Source of the DNA: a virus
Taxonomy: Duplodnaviria; Caudoviricetes
Strand: one strand, 5' to 3'
Virus record (IMG/VR): IMGVR_UViG_3300036802_000026
Span: 1 to 48,244 of that record
Length of the DNA: 48,244 bases
Shown here: in pieces, positions 35,360 through 44,299 of the stretch
Position numbering within the stretch: position 1 is the first letter of the stretch
How the letters are laid out: each line of letters starts with the position of its first letter
The notes under the pieces: generated by a model
Seen by the model: only the letters and a program-made list of their open reading frames with translations
Databases searched by the model: none
What the model was told of the DNA's origin: nothing
Translations under genes and position numbers: made by a program

Positions 35360-35446
35360 ATGACAAATAGTCATACGCTGTTCAATACCGAATCATATTT
35401 TTATCAGAAAAAAGGTCTTACTTTTTGTAGTGAGGTGATCTTATGA
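35360..35446 (+). CDS. 28-aa leader ORF coupled to the replication initiator, not in ORF track
   Basis: GAGGT RBS; stop overlaps the initiator ATG (ATGA). Confidence 0.5.
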   Translation: MTNSHTLFNTESYFYQKKGLTFCSEVIL

Positions 35447-36195
35447 ACCTACTACATAAAAAACACCCCATCGTCATAAATCCGACTCTCGCGGTACGGG
35501 TTGGGCTAAATGAAGCAATTGCTCTGCAGCAGCTTGCATACTGGATAGAAGAAACAAAGTCCGGGGTTGATCATCAAGGGATGCGTTGGGTTTATAACAC
35601 TCACTCAGAATGGAAAGAGCAATTCCCTTTCTGGTCTGTAGACACCATAAAGAGAACTTTTTTATCCCTTCATAAACAGGGAGTTATCTTTATTGAGCAA
35701 TTAAATAAGTCAAAACATGACAGGACCAATTTCTACACGGTTAACTACGAAAGCGTGTGCCTGATCGATGAGGGCAAATTGCCCCCATCCATGAGGGCAA
35801 TTTGCCCCGTTCTTCATACAGAGATTACTACAGAGAATAGTACCCTTTCTCCGAAAGGTGGTTTGGCGGGAGAAATCAGGGAAGAAGAGATTATTTCTGC
35901 ATGGAACAAGGTTGCCAAAAAAAGGAATTTCAAAGCAACAAGAGGTATCCCTACGAAGGTCGTTAAGTATCTGAAGGCTAACTACTCCACCTATCTCAAG
36001 CAGTGCAAGAAAGATTGTAAGCCTGTCGAAGAGACCCAAGCGCTTACAGAATTTACCTGCAGCTATCTTGAGTATGGATTCCCGGAATGGGCTGGACCGC
36101 ACTATTCTGGCCAGAACGACAGGCAGTGGAGGGCAGATCTGGAGTTCGCCACCAGGACGACAACTTTTGAAAAGATATTCTTTGACGCGGAGTAA
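35443..36195 (+). CDS. Replication initiator protein
   Basis: LAVRVGLNEAIALQQLAYW...WVYNT...WKEQFPFWS.DTIKR winged-helix family; contains iterons; upstream of the helicase. Confidence 0.88.
   Translation: MNLLHKKHPIVINPTLAVRVGLNEAIALQQLAYWIEETKSGVDHQGMRWVYNTHSEWKEQFPFWSVDTIKRTFLSLHKQGVIFIEQLNKSKHDRTNFYTVNYESVCLIDEGKLPPSMRAICPVLHTEITTENSTLSPKGGLAGEIREEEIISAWNKVAKKRNFKATRGIPTKVVKYLKANYSTYLKQCKKDCKPVEETQALTEFTCSYLEYGFPEWAGPHYSGQNDRQWRADLEFATRTTTFEKIFFDAE
35768..35808. repeat. Origin iterons
   Basis: Two copies of ATGAGGGCAA(A/T)TTGCCCC, 23 bp apart, each with dyad symmetry, inside the initiator gene. Confidence 0.75.
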
Positions 36196-36197
36196 AC

Positions 36198-37550
36198 ATG
36201 GAAAGCATTGAGTTTGAACAGCAGCTCGTAGGTTCCATGATGATTAAGGGCCATCACGTTGACTGTACCGATATTGCCTCAAAGCTTCCTGAAGAGGCTT
36301 TTGAGAACTACCACCTTCGGCAGATGTATCACGTTATCTGCAGCCTGCTGCACAAGGTTGAACCGATCGATGTTTTTAGTGTTCGTGATGGTCTGCCGGA
36401 GGGGACGAAGGACTTTGCATTTGATGTTCTGAAGTCATGCTCAAGTGCAGCTAACATCAAGGCGTGGGCAAAGCGCGTTCGACAGTGCTGGATGCTCAGG
36501 AAGGGAAAGCAGAACCTGCTACAGGCAATTGAGTTGCTGGACAGTGCAGCTGCGCACAACATCAATGACAACATCACGCAGGCAAGCGCTCTTATCAGCA
36601 ACATTGCCTTTGAGACAAACGACAGGCTACCACGCAAGCTTTCTGAAATCCTGCCTGACTGGCTTGAAGTGCTGGATAAGCGCATGAAAGGAAGTGAGTC
36701 CGGGCTATACCTGAAAGTAGGCATTGCCCCTCTGGATGAAAAATATGGCGGCTTCGATAGGACGGACCTGATTGTTATCGCTGGCCAGCCAGGTATGGGC
36801 AAGACAGAGATTGCGATCATGATGGCAAACTACATCGGATCTCAGCGCGGCCGTGGTTTGTTTGTCTCGATGGAAATGTCAGATATCCAGGTGCTGGAGC
36901 GTCATATTGCAGATCGTGCAGGTATGTCTATCGGAACGCTCAGGAATCCTCTGGACATGCTTGATGAGCAATATAACAAACTCATGTATGCCGCAGGAAC
37001 GCTGAACGAGCAGGAAAACTATGTGCTCAATGAAACGCTTTCTGTTGACGGAATTATTGCGCACGCCGAGCGGATGGTAATGGATGAAGGGCTGGCATTC
37101 CTTTGTGTTGACTACCTCGGGCTTGTGAAGAAGAACAAGGCTGAGCGTAACGACCTGGCGATCGGTGAGATCACCCGAAGGCTGAAGGAGTTCTCATTGC
37201 GCATGAACGTGCCGACGATTCTGCTTTCACAGTTGAATCGCGAGGCGGCAAAGCGAGTGAATAAGCGGCCCATTATCCAAGACCTTCGAGACTCGGGGTC
37301 AATAGAGCAGGATGCAGACGTGATCATCTTCCCTTATCGCGAAGAGGTTCATGAAGAACACAGCAAGATGAAAGGCATTGCAGAGATAATCGTTGCGAAG
37401 TACCGAAGCGGTGAACCATGCACAGCCTACATGGCATGGAAGAATGGACACTTCGTAAACATGGATCAGGAAGAAGCAATACGCCAGGCAGCACTTGCTC
37501 AGCAGCCGGCGCAGGAAGAAAAAGAGCAAAAGAAAAACTGGCGTAGTTAA
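36198..37550 (+). CDS. dnaB: Replicative DNA helicase, DnaB-like
   Basis: AGQPGMGKT, SMEM, VDYL, LSQLNR and DLRDSGSIEQDAD motifs. Confidence 0.97.
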   Translation: MESIEFEQQLVGSMMIKGHHVDCTDIASKLPEEAFENYHLRQMYHVICSLLHKVEPIDVFSVRDGLPEGTKDFAFDVLKSCSSAANIKAWAKRVRQCWMLRKGKQNLLQAIELLDSAAAHNINDNITQASALISNIAFETNDRLPRKLSEILPDWLEVLDKRMKGSESGLYLKVGIAPLDEKYGGFDRTDLIVIAGQPGMGKTEIAIMMANYIGSQRGRGLFVSMEMSDIQVLERHIADRAGMSIGTLRNPLDMLDEQYNKLMYAAGTLNEQENYVLNETLSVDGIIAHAERMVMDEGLAFLCVDYLGLVKKNKAERNDLAIGEITRRLKEFSLRMNVPTILLSQLNREAAKRVNKRPIIQDLRDSGSIEQDADVIIFPYREEVHEEHSKMKGIAEIIVAKYRSGEPCTAYMAWKNGHFVNMDQEEAIRQAALAQQPAQEEKEQKKNWRS

Positions 37551-37568
37551 TTTAACGAGGAAATCACG

Positions 37569-38480
37569 ATGAACTTATTCAAAAACGCACTGGTGTACCG
37601 CCTGAACCGTAACCTGCCATTCGTGGCGTCCGAGCTGCAGGAGCAGATGCAGCAGTTCCGCTTCACGCCGACCGGCGCGCAGGACATGGCTAAATCTGGC
37701 TGGGTCTCACCGCTGGTGGATGGCTCAGACAACCTGGTGCATGAAGTGAATGGCCAGCTGCTGCTGAAAATCCGCAAGGAAGAAAAGCTTCTGCCGGCGG
37801 CGGTGCTGCGCAAAGCTGTGACCGAGAAGGTGGCGAAGCTGGAAGAAGAGCAATCTCGCAAGCTGAAGAAGACCGAGAAGGACAGCATCAAAGACGAGGT
37901 TCTGCACACGCTGCTGCCGCGCGCATTCAGCAAAGATTATTTCACTCAGATCTGGATTGACACCAAAAGCGGCCTAATCACCGTAGACGCGTCATCAGCC
38001 ACTAAGGCGGAAGATGGGTTGGCTTTACTGAGAAAGTCGCTAGGAAGCCTTCCTGTGACGCCTGTGTGCCTATCTAACCCTATCGAGCTGACTCTGACCG
38101 AGTGGTTGAAGGATGGCAACATGCCAGCAGGCTTTACCCTGGGTGACAGCGCAACCCTGAAAGCCATCCTGGAAGACGGCGGCGTTCTGAAGTCCAAGAA
38201 GCAGGATCTGGTAAGCTATGAAATTCGCAATCACCTGGATGCCGGCAAGCTGGTCACTGAGCTGTCGCTGGGCTGGCAGGACCGAATCACCTTCACACTG
38301 ACCGATGCAGCCGCTATTAAGTGCATTCACTTCAGCGATGAGCTGGCGCAGCAGAACGATGACATTGACGTTGAGGATAAGGCCCAGCGCGCGGACGCAG
38401 ATTTTCTTCTGATGACCGGCGAACTTTCGGCGATGATCAGTCAACTGGTGGTGGCGCTGGGTGGAGAGGCGCAGAGATGA
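37569..38480 (+). CDS. rdgC: Recombination-associated protein RdgC
   Basis: [36 protein letters not shown] and [10 protein letters not shown] motifs. Confidence 0.95.
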   Translation: MNLFKNALVYRLNRNLPFVASELQEQMQQFRFTPTGAQDMAKSGWVSPLVDGSDNLVHEVNGQLLLKIRKEEKLLPAAVLRKAVTEKVAKLEEEQSRKLKKTEKDSIKDEVLHTLLPRAFSKDYFTQIWIDTKSGLITVDASSATKAEDGLALLRKSLGSLPVTPVCLSNPIELTLTEWLKDGNMPAGFTLGDSATLKAILEDGGVLKSKKQDLVSYEIRNHLDAGKLVTELSLGWQDRITFTLTDAAAIKCIHFSDELAQQNDDIDVEDKAQRADADFLLMTGELSAMISQLVVALGGEAQR

Positions 38481-38746
38481 GCGATGAAAAGAAAGTGATG
38501 TGCCACACCTTTCTGGTGAGTTATTTGCATGGCCGTGGATTTGGCAGCCTGATTAATTATCGTGAGATTGGAAAAGAAACTGCAAGGCCAAGCTTCGCAG
38601 ATCTGGATTCAATGCTGGACAAAGTATGCAAAAACGCGGCAATAGAGCGAAAGTGGTGCCTGGTTCTTTCTGTTTCAGAACTCCAAGATGAAATGGTTCC
38701 AGTAAGCCAGCTTGATTCATACGCAGAAAAATCAGAGCAAGAATAA
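38477..38746 (+). CDS. Hypothetical protein
   Basis: ATGA-coupled to rdgC. Confidence 0.7.
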   Translation: MSDEKKVMCHTFLVSYLHGRGFGSLINYREIGKETARPSFADLDSMLDKVCKNAAIERKWCLVLSVSELQDEMVPVSQLDSYAEKSEQE

Positions 38747-38788
38747 CGGCGATGCCCGTCGAAAGGCGGGCAATAAACAGGAGTTGAT

Positions 38789-38869
38789 ATGAAAATGAAA
38801 TGCCCCCCACTCTGGTATTTAAAAAAGAAATGGGCAGCACGCCAGCAAAAACAAGGAGCGAGCCAATGA
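38789..38869 (+). CDS. 26-aa basic peptide, not in ORF track
   Basis: AGGAG RBS; MKMKCPPLWYLKKKWAARQQKQGASQ; ATGA coupling. Confidence 0.45.
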   Translation: MKMKCPPLWYLKKKWAARQQKQGASQ

Positions 38870-39228
38870 GCAAAGAATTAGCAGAAGCGGTTAAGTTATT
38901 CATCAGCCAGCCATTAAACAATCCTCTGAGCCGCGGGCAGATTATGGAAGTTGCCCGGATTGCACTCCCCATACTGGAGCAGCAGGAGGTGATAACGGAT
39001 AGCAGTGAAGTGGTGACGGATAGCACTGTGTCTGGTAATCAGTGGATTGTGTGGTGTGGTGGCTCTGTTGCGCCGGTAGATGGAGTTGTCGAAGTGCGGT
39101 GGAGTACAGGCTCAACCGATATAGGCCATGCCAGAGATTTTCGATGGGAGCACTCACGATACACTATTAACATCATCGCCTACCGCATCATCCCGGAGCA
39201 GCCCACCAATCAGAACGGAGAGCAGTGA
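38866..39228 (+). CDS. Hypothetical phage protein
   Basis: AGGAG RBS; WIVWCGG..APV...VEVR...W...IIAYRII domain common in phages. Confidence 0.7.
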   Translation: MSKELAEAVKLFISQPLNNPLSRGQIMEVARIALPILEQQEVITDSSEVVTDSTVSGNQWIVWCGGSVAPVDGVVEVRWSTGSTDIGHARDFRWEHSRYTINIIAYRIIPEQPTNQNGEQ

Positions 39229-39229
39229 T

Positions 39230-39559
39230 ATGGGTGAATGGATTAAGTGCAGCGATAGACTCCCTGACGTTGGCGAGAACGTGATTATTTTCGATGGTGA
39301 AGAGGTCGCCATGGCTACGTTAGCTAGTGCGGACATTAAGTTTGATGGAAGTGCTATTTTCTGGATGCTCGAAGACGGCTACTCAGGGAAAGTAAGAGCT
39401 TACTCGGAGTTCTGGATGCAGAAGCCACTTCCTCCGACAGTATGTTTCAAATGTGCAGGCACGGGAAAGATGGATGGCGGCGGCTTTGACTCCCGCGGCG
39501 ATTCTATTCTTGTTAGTTGTGACTGCCAGCCACTCCCATCACCACCGGAGGATGTATGA
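39230..39559 (+). CDS. DUF551-family protein with extra Zn-ribbon tail
   Basis: MGEWIKCSDRLP...FWMQKPLPP, then CFKC...CDCQPLPSPP. Confidence 0.8.
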   Translation: MGEWIKCSDRLPDVGENVIIFDGEEVAMATLASADIKFDGSAIFWMLEDGYSGKVRAYSEFWMQKPLPPTVCFKCAGTGKMDGGGFDSRGDSILVSCDCQPLPSPPEDV

Positions 39560-39714
39560 GCGACAAACATGAGCTGGAGCGGCAGAAGTTTCGTAAATGG
39601 TTCGATGAAAACGAACCAGAAATTGAGGCCGCACAGGATGAGATACCTGCAAAGGTTATCAAACTGGTAGCGGAAAGGGCATGGCTGGCGCGCAGTAATC
39701 AGGAGCAACCATGA
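39556..39714 (+). CDS. 52-aa hypothetical protein, not in ORF track
   Basis: GGAGG RBS; ERQKFRKWF...AWLAR; ATGA overlaps. Confidence 0.65.
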   Translation: MSDKHELERQKFRKWFDENEPEIEAAQDEIPAKVIKLVAERAWLARSNQEQP

Positions 39715-39799
39715 ACAACGTAATCCCCTTAAAACGCTCTGAGCACGGTCCAAAATAAATTACCCGCCGCACGGACGCGGCATTAAACAGGAAATCACA

Positions 39800-40081
39800 A
39801 TGAGCAAGTATTCAGAACTGAGCGATTACGACATCAATCTGGCTGTAGCAAAACTGAAAGGTGAGCGTCAGGAATATTTCGTGCCAGTATGGGAATGGGA
39901 CCATTGCTACCCGGTACTCGACGCTCTGCTGGCGATCACCACTGGCATCAACCTGAAATCAGACGGCACTGCCACCACGGAAATCAACGGTAAGCAGGAG
40001 GCGGCAGGCGGCGGGCACTCCCGGGCCATCTGCGAGCTGTACTTAATGGCGAAAGATGCGGAGGCAGGAAATGACCGTTAA
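39800..40081 (+). CDS. NinX-like protein (second copy)
   Basis: MSKYSELSDYDINLAVA...RAICELYLMAKDA. Confidence 0.7.
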   Translation: MSKYSELSDYDINLAVAKLKGERQEYFVPVWEWDHCYPVLDALLAITTGINLKSDGTATTEINGKQEAAGGGHSRAICELYLMAKDAEAGNDR

Positions 40082-40361
40082 GCATGATTCTGGCAAGTGG
40101 CGCATGAGCCTAGTTCCGGTAACCGCTCTGAAGTCTATTGTCGATGTTCTGGAGTTTGGTGCAAAGAGGTACGCGGTCGATAACTGGCGCACTGTACCCG
40201 ATGCAAGGCGGCGTTATTACGATGCAGCCATTCGTCACCTTATGGCATGGTGGGATGGGGAAAGGCTGGATGAAGAAAGTGGGTTACCTCACCTGGCGCA
40301 CGCTGGATGCTGTGTGATATTTTTGCTGTGGCTGGATGAAAACCAGTTGCAAAACGCATAG
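40071..40361 (+). CDS. DUF5664 / dATP-dGTP diphosphohydrolase-domain protein
   Basis: KHDSGK..MSLVP...VLEFGAKRY..DNW...AAIRHL..WW.GE..D.ESGLPHLAHA. Confidence 0.85.
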   Translation: MTVKHDSGKWRMSLVPVTALKSIVDVLEFGAKRYAVDNWRTVPDARRRYYDAAIRHLMAWWDGERLDEESGLPHLAHAGCCVIFLLWLDENQLQNA

Positions 40362-40375
40362 CCTTACACGATACT
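40347..40375 (+). promoter_or_regulatory. Putative sigma70 promoter of the antirepressor leader
   Basis: TTGCAA-N17-GATACT. Confidence 0.6.
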
Positions 40376-40517
40376 TTGGCTATCAACACGACTCGACCCC
40401 GTGAAGATTGAGCGCCAGAAGCGCAACAAAACACACAACAAAGAATATGAAGCTCGTTGGATCTGGTGTTGTGCCAGGGTCGAATCCAACGGGCTTCAGC
40501 TATTTCTGGAGGTTCGA

Positions 40518-41243
40518 ATGAACCAGCTAGTAAACGATGCAGTAACCACCATGAGCAGCCAGGAAATTGCTGATCTCACAGAAAAGCAGTTATCCCACGT
40601 CAATCGCGACATAGTTTCCATGTGTTCAGACCTATATCCAGAATTGGATAATCTTGATTCTGTTGGTGTTTTTATAAAGTACAAGCAGATGAATGGACGC
40701 ACGGTAATCGAAACAATCCGGCTTGACCGCAACAATACTGACTGCCTGATGACCGGATACAGCGCTCAGGCAAGAATGATTTTGATTAAGCGCTGGCGTG
40801 AACTTGAAGAGAAAGCGCTGCATCAGCTCCCAGATTTTAATAACCCTGCCGCCGCGGCTCGTGCATGGGCTGATCAGGTCGAGTCCGTTATGCAACTGGA
40901 AAGTAAAGTTGCTGCCGACGCACCAAAAGTGGATTTTGCTGATCGCGTTGAGAAATCCTCCGGCGTTCTGATTGGTCACTTCGCAAAAGCTATCGGTGTC
41001 GGGCCTAATCGCCTGTTCGCCTGGATGCGTGCCAATGGCTATCTGATCGCCACTGCCGGTTCTCGCTATAACACGCCGTACCAGAAATATCTGGAGCGAG
41101 GCTACTTTGACGTTACCGAAAGCAGCTATGACGCTAACGGCGAAACTCGCGCATCTTTCACCACGCACATCACTGGAAAGGGCCAGCTGCGCATCACCGC
41201 GGCGCTCAAAGAGTGCGGCATGATTAACGAGGTGACGAAATGA
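40518..41243 (+). CDS. Phage antirepressor (Rha-like N-terminus plus ANT/KilAC C-terminus)
   Basis: TMSSQEIADLTEK, LMTGYS and APKVDFADRV...NRLFAWMR...PYQKY...ITGKGQ; GGAGG RBS at the true start 40518. Confidence 0.9.
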   Translation: MNQLVNDAVTTMSSQEIADLTEKQLSHVNRDIVSMCSDLYPELDNLDSVGVFIKYKQMNGRTVIETIRLDRNNTDCLMTGYSAQARMILIKRWRELEEKALHQLPDFNNPAAAARAWADQVESVMQLESKVAADAPKVDFADRVEKSSGVLIGHFAKAIGVGPNRLFAWMRANGYLIATAGSRYNTPYQKYLERGYFDVTESSYDANGETRASFTTHITGKGQLRITAALKECGMINEVTK

Positions 41244-41518
41244 AACCGCTGCTGAAAGACATCATTGTGGAAATCATCACCGAAAGCCCAGCCAGCACTC
41301 GCGAGATTTCTAAATCAATCGCTGCTAAATCCAATGGTGTGTATGTGGGCAGCAGCGTTCGTTGCTGTATGGCTCGCATGCTTAAAAATGGCGATGTGGT
41401 CAGGGTCGGAACAGACGATCGTGGCGGTGCAAAATTCGGCCTGCCACCTCAAGCCGGAACGGTGGTTAGTGAGTTCGACCGTCTGCTGGCCCCGCTTCGT
41501 CAGATCAGAGGTGTGTGA
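41240..41518 (+). CDS. Putative winged-helix DNA-binding protein
   Basis: ASTREI...SVRCCMARMLKNGDVVR; C-terminal FDRLLAPLR. Confidence 0.6.
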   Translation: MKPLLKDIIVEIITESPASTREISKSIAAKSNGVYVGSSVRCCMARMLKNGDVVRVGTDDRGGAKFGLPPQAGTVVSEFDRLLAPLRQIRGV

Positions 41519-41868
41519 TGGAAAAGAAATCTTGCCCTTTCTGTGGCGGGAAGCCGCATATCGCCAGTGAGTACGAGCCATATTCTGAATCAGGCGGTAA
41601 GTTCTACTGGGTTCGATGTGGAAGCTGCCGATCTCAGTCAGCAAAAAAATATGCATCTCATGGTAATGACTGCCACAATTTATATGCAGAAGTTTGGGAT
41701 GAATGGAACCAGCGCTTTGAGCAGAACCCATCAGAAGCAGATCGCTGGCTCAATGAAGCAACAGAGCAGCGCGCCCGCGCAGATCTGCTTCAGATGCAGG
41801 TCGATGAGTTATCCGAGGCGCTGAACCAGGCGCGAAGGATCATGGCGTATGCGGGGAAATTGCAATGA
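41518..41868 (+). CDS. Lar-family restriction alleviation protein
   Basis: CPFCGG...VRCGSC...WNQR. Confidence 0.8.
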   Translation: MEKKSCPFCGGKPHIASEYEPYSESGGKFYWVRCGSCRSQSAKKYASHGNDCHNLYAEVWDEWNQRFEQNPSEADRWLNEATEQRARADLLQMQVDELSEALNQARRIMAYAGKLQ

Positions 41869-42074
41869 GCTTCATCCTGACATCAGACCAGAAGATTGCA
41901 TACGAAAAGATAAAGACTGATCAGCAGCGTCAGGATGAAGGCATGGCGAAGTTCGAAATGAATTTCAATGATGGCAAGGGCGGGATCATGCTGACAGATC
42001 AGTGCCGCACCAAAGCCGAAGCGTTTATGGCCTGTTGTGAAAAATATGGCCCTAATTTTAAGGAAATCGCATGA
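41865..42074 (+). CDS. Hypothetical protein
   Basis: Coupled ORF. Confidence 0.6.
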   Translation: MSFILTSDQKIAYEKIKTDQQRQDEGMAKFEMNFNDGKGGIMLTDQCRTKAEAFMACCEKYGPNFKEIA

Positions 42075-42637
42075 GCAAATACACTTTGATTTACGCAGAT
42101 CCGCCATGGTCTTACCGTGACAAAGCCAATGATGGTGAGCGAGGGGCAGGCCATAAATATCCGGTAATGAACGTTAGCGATATTTGCCGCCTTCCGGTGT
42201 GGGATCTGGCAGCCGATGATTGCCTTCTGGCAATGTGGTGGGTGCCCACACAACCACTTGAGGCGTTAAAGGTTGTTGATGCATGGGGATTCCGACTGAT
42301 GACCATGAAAGGTTTTACGTGGCATAAGACCAACAAGCACAAAGGTAACAGCGCGATCGGCATGGGGCATATGACGCGAGCAAATAGTGAAGACTGCCTG
42401 TTTGCAGTGCGCGGTAAGCTTCCTCAGCGCATTGATGCATCAATATGCCAGCATATCACTGCGCCTCGCATGGAGCACTCAGCGAAGCCTCAGCAGTTCC
42501 GCGACAGCCTGGTCAAGTTGCTGGGTGATGTTCCGCGTATTGAGCTGTTCGCCCGGGCCCAGGATGACGGATGGCATAGTTGGGGCAACCAGTGCGATCA
42601 GTCCGTTCAGCTTATTCCTGGAAGGGCTGAAAAATGA
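42071..42637 (+). CDS. MT-A70-family adenine methyltransferase
   Basis: IYADPPW, AWGF, EHSAKP, RIELFAR and WGNQ motifs. Confidence 0.93.
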   Translation: MSKYTLIYADPPWSYRDKANDGERGAGHKYPVMNVSDICRLPVWDLAADDCLLAMWWVPTQPLEALKVVDAWGFRLMTMKGFTWHKTNKHKGNSAIGMGHMTRANSEDCLFAVRGKLPQRIDASICQHITAPRMEHSAKPQQFRDSLVKLLGDVPRIELFARAQDDGWHSWGNQCDQSVQLIPGRAEK

Positions 42638-43083
42638 AGTTTGAAATGATTAAGGCACCTGGCGGGTCTTTTCATCCGGCTACAGATGATGAAGCAGAGC
42701 GCCTGAAGCGTTTCAAAAACGGCGAGCAGTATCAGGTGGAAGTGAAGCTGACTCGAAATCCAGCCTTCCACCGCAAAACCTTTGCGTTCTTCAACTTCAC
42801 ATTTGAGCACTGGTGCGCCGAGCGTGCCGGGATGGAGTTCATGAATCGTGAGGCGCAGTTCAACACGTTTCGCAATCACCTGACTGTCTTGGCCGGGTAT
42901 TACGATCAGTCATACGGTATTGAAGGCCGCATCCGGATAGAGGCAAAGAGCCTGGCGTTCGCCAATATGGATCAGGAAACTTTCGAGGCCTGCTACAGCG
43001 CCCTGATTAACGCGGCGATAAAGCACGTATTCGGCGGAACGGAAGATGAAAACGTACTGGCACAGTTGAGGAGTTATTTCTGA
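42634..43083 (+). CDS. DUF1367-family protein
   Basis: RNPAFHRK.FAF...LTVLAGYY...EAKSLAFANM. Confidence 0.85.
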   Translation: MKFEMIKAPGGSFHPATDDEAERLKRFKNGEQYQVEVKLTRNPAFHRKTFAFFNFTFEHWCAERAGMEFMNREAQFNTFRNHLTVLAGYYDQSYGIEGRIRIEAKSLAFANMDQETFEACYSALINAAIKHVFGGTEDENVLAQLRSYF

Positions 43084-43646
43084 TGCTGAAAACGGTCAAG
43101 GAGAAGAAGTGCCGGGAGTGCGGAAATAAGTTTAAGCCTTCCATGACCACGCAAACGTCTTGCTCACCTATCTGTGCGATCGCTCAGGGAAAAAAGAAGG
43201 TTGCTAGAGATAAGCAAGAGCTAAAGAAGGTCGAGCTTAAGCAGTCGCGCGCGAGGGTGGAATCAGTCCAGCCATTATCTTACTACCACAAGAAAGCTCA
43301 GGCGGCGTTTAACGCATTTATTCGGGAACGTGATGCTGGTCAGCCATGCATCAGCTGCGGAAAGCCTGATGATGGAAGTCACCAGCGCCATGCTTCTCAT
43401 TACAAAAGTGTTGGCTCATCTCGAGAGCTAAGATATGATGAAATGAATGTTCACGCTGCTTGTAGCGTTTGCAACAATCATCTTAGCGGAAACATTCAGG
43501 GTTATACTCCTGCATTAATTGAAAAAGTAGGAATTAATGAGTTTGATAGATTAAATGGGCCTCAGAAGTCTAAAAAATGGAGTCGAGAGGAGCTGAATGA
43601 AATCACATCTAAGTACAGAAAAAAAGCTAAAGAAATCAGAAGATAG
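43083..43646 (+). CDS. ninG: NinG/Rap recombination endonuclease
   Basis: AQAAFNAFIRERD..QPCISCG...HY...LRYDE.NVH..C..CN.HLSGNI. Confidence 0.93.
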   Translation: MLKTVKEKKCRECGNKFKPSMTTQTSCSPICAIAQGKKKVARDKQELKKVELKQSRARVESVQPLSYYHKKAQAAFNAFIRERDAGQPCISCGKPDDGSHQRHASHYKSVGSSRELRYDEMNVHAACSVCNNHLSGNIQGYTPALIEKVGINEFDRLNGPQKSKKWSREELNEITSKYRKKAKEIRR

Positions 43647-44277
43647 ATGTTGTGTAGAAGGTTGTGATCGAGATGCTGTTTATAAAAAAATATGCATGTG
43701 CCAAAAGCATTATTTTAGGCTTAGAAGAAATGGAAGCACCAATATTTCTAGGCAGACGAATGGTTGTAAAAGTTGCAAAAATTCAGCAGGGTATGTGATG
43801 GTAAAAAGACCAGGACATCCTTTAGCCATGAAAAATGGATATGTATATGAGCATCGAGCATCTGTTTTTGAAAAGTATGGATTTAACCTCCCGCCATGCG
43901 AGCTTTGCCAAAAAACTATCGACTGGAATGTTCTGCATGTAGACCATATAGATAACATTGTTGACAATAATGAAACTGATAATCTAAGGGTTTTATGCAG
44001 AGCCTGCAATGTTATGCGCGCGAGAGTGCTTATACCTAGCTATGAGAGAAAAGGTAACCATAGAATTGAATATGAAGGTGAGACAAAGACAGCTCAGGAG
44101 TGGGCCAGGGACCCAAGGGTAAGAGTAGCTGGTAACACCATAGTTAACAGATTGAAGAAAGGGATGAGTGTTAAAGATGCATTATTCAAGAGAAAAGCTA
44201 CGCACATTCACACTAAGCCTGCACTAAGAAGTCCTGCCTATGGAGAATTCATTGGGAAAAATGATGATGAAATGTAG
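43597..44277 (+). CDS. HNH homing endonuclease
   Basis: YEHR, HVDHIDNIVDNNETDNLRVLCRACN; N-terminal Cys/His Zn motif; C-terminal DNA-binding segment; visibly AT-rich. Confidence 0.9.
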   Translation: MKSHLSTEKKLKKSEDRCCVEGCDRDAVYKKICMCQKHYFRLRRNGSTNISRQTNGCKSCKNSAGYVMVKRPGHPLAMKNGYVYEHRASVFEKYGFNLPPCELCQKTIDWNVLHVDHIDNIVDNNETDNLRVLCRACNVMRARVLIPSYERKGNHRIEYEGETKTAQEWARDPRVRVAGNTIVNRLKKGMSVKDALFKRKATHIHTKPALRSPAYGEFIGKNDDEM

Positions 44278-44299
44278 CAACATCGCATGTAGAATTAAT

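Noticed and set aside
40071-40361. 2-aminoadenine (Z) genome system
   Set aside because: No PurZ, DatZ or dedicated DNA polymerase is visible
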